Below, in pieces: positions 6,738 to 12,027 of a stretch of DNA of 12,027 nt (the stretch's first letter is position 1; each line of letters begins with the position of its first letter). The notes under the pieces were generated by a model. The model made no database searches. It was not told the origin of the DNA and saw only the letters and a list, made by a program, of their open reading frames with translations. The stretch covers positions 1 through 12,027 of IMG/VR virus record IMGVR_UViG_3300029567_000182; one strand, 5' to 3'. The DNA comes from a virus. Taxonomy: Duplodnaviria; Heunggongvirae; Uroviricota; Caudoviricetes. The translations under genes and the position numbers were made by a program.

Positions 6738-9041
6738 CTACCGTACCCGCACAAATAACCCCACAATAGTGTTGTTGTCAGCCATCAGTACACCACCCGA
6801 ACCAGATAACGCTCTGTATGCCCCGGGCAGGAAAAGCGAATATGACCGTCCACTGACATAACAAGTTGGTGTGATTCCTTTTACGCCAGCGCCTGTCGCC
6901 ACCCCTCCCGAGAATTCCACATGCCCCAGCCTTGAACCTGGATAAATCTTTCCTCTCTGCAGAGTTCTGGTCATATCGCTGTCTGATGTACCGTAATAGG
7001 CTGCAAGAATAATATTACCGACTTCCGGGGCCCGGCTATCACTCCCAAGCAGACTGGCAATCCCGCTTCTGTTTATGTAGCCTGAGTCCCAGGGGCGCAG
7101 GGACGGGTTTGTGGGATTTGCATCAAGAACTGTTCGATAGACATCCCCATACTGACCATAAAATGTCAGTAATTTTCTTTTGCCCTGATGTTCTGCCTGA
7201 CTGTATACCCTGTCAGAAATTTTAATTTCGAGCACTCCGGTAAAACCAATATCCGGAATGATGGGATTAAAATCCGGATGTGTTCTCTGCTCCACAAGGT
7301 AGCGCCCTGGCGGCGTCTGCATACACCAGGTTACAAGCTCAGACTGACCATCACTGGCACTAAAATATTTAATCGTCGAAGTCAGTGCTCCAAAACCCAA
7401 TGTCCCCGGTAATGCTCCTCTCCCTTCAGTGCGATCATAAATATTACTTTGTAATGCCACGCTATCTGAGATTTCAAGCACCTGCCGCATATCTTCGGAT
7501 GTGAACTGCGCCAGCAGTGAGCGGGCTTTTGCTGACAACGGAGACAGCGCAATATTCCCTCCGGTATTAAAATACAGAAGGTTATCTGCCCGTACTGTTA
7601 ATTTGCTAATCGCTGTTAAAATATCGCTAAGCGGCTGTTTACCTGCCAGTGCGTTAGTGACCGTCGTCGCAAAGTTTGGGTCATTACCCAGCGCCGCTGC
7701 CAGTTCGTTCAGCGTGTCCAGGGCTTCCGGGGACGAGCCAACCAGCGCAGCGAGCAGTTTGCGGACAAACGCCGCATTCGCCATCTCCAGTCCGACCGCA
7801 TCATCCGGTGGGGTTGGTGTGGTTGGCGTACCGGTGAATGCCGGGCTGTCCAGCGGCGCTTTGGTTTTCGTCTCGTCCATGACGATTTTGACGGCTTTTG
7901 GGGTTGCAGCAAATGCTTCAGATGTGCTGTTGGCAGCACTACTGAGCTGTACTATTCCCTTTTTCGTTGTACTCGCATCCTCAAGCCCCACGGCGGATGC
8001 GATATCCTCTGCCCGCTTTGCCGCTGTCTCGGCTCGGGTTGCCGCGGACTCTGCTGTACTTTTGCTCCGCTCAGCCTCCGCCGCACTGTCTGCCGCCTCT
8101 GTCGCCTTCGTAGCCGCAGCGTTGGCGGACGTCTCTGCAGCAGTTTCTGAATCTGCTGCAGCTGAGGCGTTCTGTGCTGCCGCTGTTTCAGAAGACCTTG
8201 CGTTCGTCTCGGACGTTTTTGCCGCCTTCGCGGAATTTCCTGCCGCCGTTGCCGAGGAGGCTGCACTACTGGCGCTCGAGGCTGCACTCGTTTCTGATGA
8301 TTTTGCCGCCTCTTTTGAAGCCGCCGCATTCCGTGCTGAAGTGGCTGCTTCTGACGCTTTCGTGGTCGCGGTGGATGCAGAAGTGGCTGCTGATTGTTGT
8401 GACGCTGCCGCATTCGTTTCAGACGTTTTCGCGGCACCGGCACTGGTGGCCGCCGCGCTTTTTGAGGACTCTGCTGCGGCAGCACTTTTTGATGCTTCAG
8501 TGGCCTTTGCTGATGCCGTTCCTGCGCTGGAAAAAGCCTCCTGAGCCGACGTCGCGGCCTGTCCGGCTGACGTTCTGGCTGCGCGTGCTGAGTCTGCAGC
8601 ATCAGTCGCATGGGTTGCCGCCTCACGGGCTGATGTGCTGGCATCGCTGGCTGACTTCTTCGCGGCTGCCGTGTTCTGTGCCACTGCGGACGCGTTACGC
8701 GCCACCTCTTCCACCATCAGTTCAAAGCGACGCAGTGCCTCCGGACGGGCATCATCCTCCGTCATGGCACCGAGAAAATCATTCAGCGTACCGGGTTGAG
8801 AATCTTCATACACGGTGATGGTCCCGGCATGTGACGGCGGGAACCCTTCCACCAACAAAATAACGCTGTACTGACCGTACTCAACGTCCATACTGTAACG
8901 CCCGGCTTCATCCGGATTTTCTGAGGCCAGCGTGTTCACCACCACCGTGGTGCTGTTACGTTTTGCTTTCAGCTGGATTGTGCAGTTCTGTACCGGTTTT
9001 CCTGTGCCGTCTTTCAGTACACCTGAAATCTTTACTGCCAT
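6738..9041 (-). CDS. stf: side tail fibre protein, lambda Stf family, mosaic (767 aa from ATG 9041; the ORF track uses GTG 9047)
   Basis: N-terminus MAVKISGVLKDGTGKPVQNCTIQLKAKRNS... matches lambda Stf. Long Ala/Ser/Thr-rich low-complexity segment (residues ~115-350). Conserved tail-fibre motif GIVQLSSAANSTSEAFAATPKAVK...LDSPAFTGTPTTPT (7812-7958). The lambda-like block LNELAAALGNDPNFATTVTNALAGKQP ends at 7632; the C-terminal ~297 residues (6741-7631) are unlike lambda Stf. Confidence 0.9.
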   Translation of the reverse strand: MAVKISGVLKDGTGKPVQNCTIQLKAKRNSTTVVVNTLASENPDEAGRYSMDVEYGQYSVILLVEGFPPSHAGTITVYEDSQPGTLNDFLGAMTEDDARPEALRRFELMVEEVARNASAVAQNTAAAKKSASDASTSAREAATHATDAADSARAARTSAGQAATSAQEAFSSAGTASAKATEASKSAAAAESSKSAAATSAGAAKTSETNAAASQQSAATSASTATTKASEAATSARNAAASKEAAKSSETSAASSASSAASSATAAGNSAKAAKTSETNARSSETAAAQNASAAADSETAAETSANAAATKATEAADSAAEAERSKSTAESAATRAETAAKRAEDIASAVGLEDASTTKKGIVQLSSAANSTSEAFAATPKAVKIVMDETKTKAPLDSPAFTGTPTTPTPPDDAVGLEMANAAFVRKLLAALVGSSPEALDTLNELAAALGNDPNFATTVTNALAGKQPLSDILTAISKLTVRADNLLYFNTGGNIALSPLSAKARSLLAQFTSEDMRQVLEISDSVALQSNIYDRTEGRGALPGTLGFGALTSTIKYFSASDGQSELVTWCMQTPPGRYLVEQRTHPDFNPIIPDIGFTGVLEIKISDRVYSQAEHQGKRKLLTFYGQYGDVYRTVLDANPTNPSLRPWDSGYINRSGIASLLGSDSRAPEVGNIILAAYYGTSDSDMTRTLQRGKIYPGSRLGHVEFSGGVATGAGVKGITPTCYVSGRSYSLFLPGAYRALSGSGGVLMADNNTIVGLFVRVR
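7992..8699 (-). repeat. low-complexity, quasi-repetitive coding DNA (Ala/Ser/Thr-rich shaft region of stf)
   Basis: Recurring GCN/TCN/ACN-rich strings encoding SAA/TSA/AAK-type repeats. Stop-free in several frames on both strands, which explains the overlapping 347-, 230- and 214-aa ORFs in the track. Confidence 0.7.
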
Positions 9042-9048
9042 ATTCACC

Positions 9049-9078
9049 CCACAAAAAAGCCCGCCTGAACCGGCGGGC
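9049..9078 (-). terminator. intrinsic terminator downstream of lom, abutting the stf start
   Basis: 7-bp GC-rich stem gcccgcc / ggcgggc with loop tgaacc (9059-9078), followed on the minus strand by TTTTTTGTGGG (complement of 9049-9058). Confidence 0.65.
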
Positions 9079-9105
9079 TGTCATAACACTGTGTTACCTG
9101 GCTAA

Positions 9106-9705
9106 TCAGAATTTATAACCGACACCCACGATGAAACCGTCAGTGCGCCAGTCACCACTGCCGGAGCCTTCATAAGCAATATCAATGGCCACGGATTCGG
9201 TCGGGTTAAACTGCACGCCTGCCCCCCACGCCAGAGACGTGTTGCTGTGGCGACTGTCATCACTTCCGGTCAGCACATCGTGCTTTTTCCCCTTGTTGTC
9301 AGTTACGCGGATATAATCTCCGGAGAAAGTCGAAACACGGCTGTAAGCCATACCCGCCATCGCATACGCGCTGAACCATTCATTCACGCGCACAGAGGGC
9401 CCCGCCATCACGCTGAACCAGCGGTTACGCACAGAATCTTCATGCCAGCGGGTATCGCTGTAACGGGTCAGCTGGCGATTCTTGTCTCCTGCATAGCTGA
9501 ATGACGTCACCAGCCCCAGTGTGTCCGTAAACTCATAACGGTATTTCACGTTAATCCCGTTCAGATTATCGCTGCCGGGAGCGTTCGTTGAGGCATGGAG
9601 ATACCCCGCGCTCAGCGTGGACTGATGTTCTGCTGCACTCGCTGGCGTAGCAGCGGCGACCTGCCAGACTACTGCGGACAAAATAACAGCACATAATTTA
9701 CGCAT
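9106..9705 (-). CDS. lom: Lom outer-membrane beta-barrel protein (Ail/Lom/OmpX/PagC family), 199 aa
   Basis: ORF 9106..9705 with Shine-Dalgarno GAGAGGTAATT-ATG. Signal-peptide-like N-terminus (MRKLCAVILSAVVWQVAAATPASA), C-terminal ...GVGYKF typical of OM barrels. Near-identical to lambda Lom as I recall it (EHQSTLSAGYLHA.TNAPGSDNLNGINVKYRYEFTDTLG...). Confidence 0.93.
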   Translation of the reverse strand: MRKLCAVILSAVVWQVAAATPASAAEHQSTLSAGYLHASTNAPGSDNLNGINVKYRYEFTDTLGLVTSFSYAGDKNRQLTRYSDTRWHEDSVRNRWFSVMAGPSVRVNEWFSAYAMAGMAYSRVSTFSGDYIRVTDNKGKKHDVLTGSDDSRHSNTSLAWGAGVQFNPTESVAIDIAYEGSGSGDWRTDGFIVGVGYKF

Positions 9706-9726
9706 AATTACCTCTCGCTTTTCTGC

Positions 9727-9753
9727 AATAAAAAAGGCGCCATTTCTGGCGCC
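9727..9753 (-). terminator. intrinsic terminator between J and lom
   Basis: Stem ggcgcc / ggcgcc with loop atttct (9736-9753), followed on the minus strand by TTTTTTATT (complement of 9727-9735). Lies between the J stop (9773) and the lom ribosome-binding site. Confidence 0.6.
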
Positions 9754-9772
9754 CGTATCTGGGTTATAAAAT

Positions 9773-12027
9773 TCAGCTAATCGTGATGCCTGCAGTGGCT
9801 TTCTTCATCACCACAACCAGCAAATCGCTGATACTTGCTGTGGGATACCAGTTATTTACCAGCCACGCTGACACCGAAAACTCCAGCGTCATGTGACCGT
9901 GACCAGCCGGCATATCAATAACACCACTGTAAATCAGCGTATTATCCAGCGCGGTACGGTTATAAATTTCAGCGCCGTTTTTCCGTACGATCAGACGGCA
10001 TGAGGAGTAAATATCAGTATGCTCTTTCTCATGTTTAGCGCCACTGAATGCCACCGCCGGAATAACAATCTGCCGGTCAAACGGCTGATCGTCATAAACC
10101 CTGACGGTAATGGTTCCTGATGGCCACCGCTCCGGTGCACGGGAGTCCCGGGGGAAAGCTTTGCCCACTGTTTTAACGAGATCGCCTTCAATCTGGTTCG
10201 CGGACAGTTTTCCCAGAACCCGACAGTTCTCGTTAATCGTGACGTTGTTGAGCGTCCCTGAGTTCGCATTCACGTTACCGCTGATATCGGCATTTTTCGC
10301 CGTCAGCCGCCCGTCCGGTGTCAGGGAAAATGCCGGAGGATTACCGCCGCTGGTAATGGTCGGAGCCGTCAGGCGTTTCAGGAACACGTCGTTCATGAAT
10401 ATCTGATCGCCCTGACCAACAAACATTGGTCTTGTGTTGCCATTAGACGGATCAATAAACGCGATACGGTTAGCGGCAACCAGGAACTGGCTCAGTTTGC
10501 CTTCCTCCGTGTCCTCCATGCTGAGGCCAAGCCCCGCGACATAATGCTTACCGTCTTCGGTCTGCTCAATTTTGACGCCCCACATGGCATTCCATTTATC
10601 GTTGGCGTCTTTCCACTCTTTCGAAAACTGATCCAGTCTGCTGGCGTTATCTTCCGTCAGGTCGACTTTTTCCAGCAGCTCCTTGCCGAGATGGGATTCG
10701 GTTATCTTGCCTTTGAAAAAATCCAGGTAACCTTCCGCATCATCGCTCGCCCGACCGACGGCCTCCACGAATGCCGATTTGCCAACGGTGTTCACACTGC
10801 GGATATAAAAGTAATAATCATGGCCCGGTTTGATATTGATACTGGCGGCTATCCAGTACAGCCCCGCGCCAAGGTAGCGGGCTGTGGTTTCAACCTGCCT
10901 GATATCGGTAATCCGCGTTTCCGAGAACCAGAACTCAAACTGTACCGTCGGATCATAAACCTCAAGATGCGGCGTGGCAGTTATCTGAAAATAGCCCGGC
11001 GTCAGCTCAATCCGCGACGGTGCTACCGGTGCGGCAATCCTGAACGATACCGACGCCGGATCGCCCTGCTGTCCCCACGCATTTACCGCCCGGACTGTCA
11101 GCGTGTACCGTCCCAGCGCCAGTTGCGTGAAGCGGTATGTGGTTTCCGTCGTCCGGGCCGTGCTGACCAGCCGCTCACTGCCGTCATCCGCTGCCACGGT
11201 CAGGCGAAGCAGGAAGCTCACGCCCTTCACCACCTTCGGCGTGTCCCATCGCGCCAGCACCTGATATTCCCCGCTGTCTGCAGTGACTTCGGCGGTCAGA
11301 TGCTGCACTGCTGGCGGCGTGACACCATTCACCGTGCCGCTCTGGTCGCCGTCAAAGTGCGCCCCGTTATCCACGATGGCCTCTTTTTCCGGTACATGCT
11401 GCACGGCGGTGATGGCATACGTGCCGTCGTCGTTCTCACGAATACTCACGCAGCGGAACAGGCGCTGGCGCAGCGTCGGCAGCTTCAGCCCCCACACGCT
11501 GTATTCAGCAACACCGTCAGGAACACGGCTCACTTTCACCTTCACGCCGTCGGTGACGGACTGAACCTCCACGCTGACCGGACTCCCCTGCCCGTCAACC
11601 AGGCTTATCAGCGTGGTGCCGGAAGATGGCAGCGTGATTTCACGGTCGAGCGTCAGCGTCCGGGTCTGGCTGTTTACCGCCAGCACGCGCCCGCCGATGC
11701 TGATACCGGCATAGTCATCATCACAGATTTCAATGACATCGCCCGGCACATGGCGAAGCCCTTCTGCGCCCACGCTGAAGTCCACGGTCTGCGTTTCCAG
11801 CAGTTCTGTTTTAATCAGCCACAGCCCGGCGCGGTGTGCCTGCCCCCGGCTGGTACAGCCAAAGGCATCCATCTTCGTGACGTTACGACCGTAACGGGCA
11901 ATGGCCTGCGTATCCTCCACAAGCTCTGTCGCCGTCTCCCAGCCGTTGTTCGGGTCAATCCAGTTCACCTCAACGGCATTATGGCGGTCTTTCAGGGCGC
12001 TGAAGCTGTAGCGGAACGGCGCGCCAT
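9773..12027 (-). CDS. J: tail tip / host specificity protein J (central tail fibre), C-terminal ~750 codons; the 5' end of the gene is beyond the window end
   Basis: The track ORF 9773..11968 starts at an internal Met. The frame stays open to 12027 and reads ...[47 protein letters not shown]..., recognised as lambda J. Contains the fibronectin-III-like and C-terminal receptor-binding region. Confidence 0.93.
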   Translation of the reverse strand, partial: GAPFRYSFSALKDRHNAVEVNWIDPNNGWETATELVEDTQAIARYGRNVTKMDAFGCTSRGQAHRAGLWLIKTELLETQTVDFSVGAEGLRHVPGDVIEICDDDYAGISIGGRVLAVNSQTRTLTLDREITLPSSGTTLISLVDGQGSPVSVEVQSVTDGVKVKVSRVPDGVAEYSVWGLKLPTLRQRLFRCVSIRENDDGTYAITAVQHVPEKEAIVDNGAHFDGDQSGTVNGVTPPAVQHLTAEVTADSGEYQVLARWDTPKVVKGVSFLLRLTVAADDGSERLVSTARTTETTYRFTQLALGRYTLTVRAVNAWGQQGDPASVSFRIAAPVAPSRIELTPGYFQITATPHLEVYDPTVQFEFWFSETRITDIRQVETTARYLGAGLYWIAASINIKPGHDYYFYIRSVNTVGKSAFVEAVGRASDDAEGYLDFFKGKITESHLGKELLEKVDLTEDNASRLDQFSKEWKDANDKWNAMWGVKIEQTEDGKHYVAGLGLSMEDTEEGKLSQFLVAANRIAFIDPSNGNTRPMFVGQGDQIFMNDVFLKRLTAPTITSGGNPPAFSLTPDGRLTAKNADISGNVNANSGTLNNVTINENCRVLGKLSANQIEGDLVKTVGKAFPRDSRAPERWPSGTITVRVYDDQPFDRQIVIPAVAFSGAKHEKEHTDIYSSCRLIVRKNGAEIYNRTALDNTLIYSGVIDMPAGHGHMTLEFSVSAWLVNNWYPTASISDLLVVVMKKATAGITIS

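Larger units (their letters stand above)
5947..12027 (-). mobile_element. right arm of a lambda-like (lambdoid) prophage: J (partial) - lom - stf - tail-fibre-assembly-like gene - AT-rich terminal segment with the presumed attachment junction; continues beyond the window end
   Basis: Gene order and protein sequences of J, Lom and the Stf N-terminus are lambda-like. The element abuts a truncated host gene. Confidence 0.85.

Noticed and set aside
7992-8699. Possible CRISPR-like repeat array
   Set aside because: The repeats are degenerate, not interspersed with unique spacers of regular length, and lie inside a confirmed open reading frame. This is a protein-coding low-complexity region.
7501-8818. 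Long ORFs overlapping stf on both strands (7501..8544 +, 7952..8644 -, 8174..8818 +, 7709..7939 -)
   Set aside because: They lie entirely within the low-complexity Ala/Ser/Thr-rich region of stf. Their translations are Arg/Pro/Gln-rich or Ala-rich nonsense typical of alternative frames of GC-rich repetitive coding DNA, and the stf frame is confirmed by lambda-like motifs on both sides.
5947-12027. Defence or counter-defence cargo (restriction, abortive infection, toxin-antitoxin, retron, invertase-driven fibre switching) in the prophage arm
   Set aside because: Every ORF of credible size is accounted for by J, lom, stf and the chaperone-like gene. There is no invertase gene, no inverted-repeat crossover sites flanking the fibre tip, and the terminal non-coding segment is only ~218 bp.

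Overview
Enterobacterial (Escherichia coli-like) chromosome. Positions 1-5946 carry a syntenic host block that I recognise from protein sequence: dcp (minus strand, N-terminal 346 codons, 3' end off-window), ydfG, ydfH, ydfZ, ydfI and a 5'-truncated ydfJ. Positions 5947-12027 are the right arm of a lambda-like prophage, all on the minus strand: the C-terminal two thirds of the tail tip / host-specificity gene J, the lom outer-membrane moron, a 767-codon side tail fibre gene (stf) and a 189-codon downstream gene in the tail-fibre-assembly position, followed by a ~218 bp AT-rich non-coding terminal segment that abuts ydfJ. The prophage has inserted inside the ydfJ transporter gene. I see no CRISPR array, tRNA or rRNA gene, IS element, toxin-antitoxin pair or recognisable defence-system operon, and nothing that convincingly amounts to a previously undescribed system. 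The most interesting object is the mosaic tail fibre: its distal (C-terminal) domain diverges from lambda Stf immediately after a conserved 'NALAGKQP' motif, and the gene downstream is not the lambda-type Tfa. Together they look like a swapped receptor-binding cassette of unknown specificity. All identifications rest on reading the translations and on recalled family knowledge; no database search was run.
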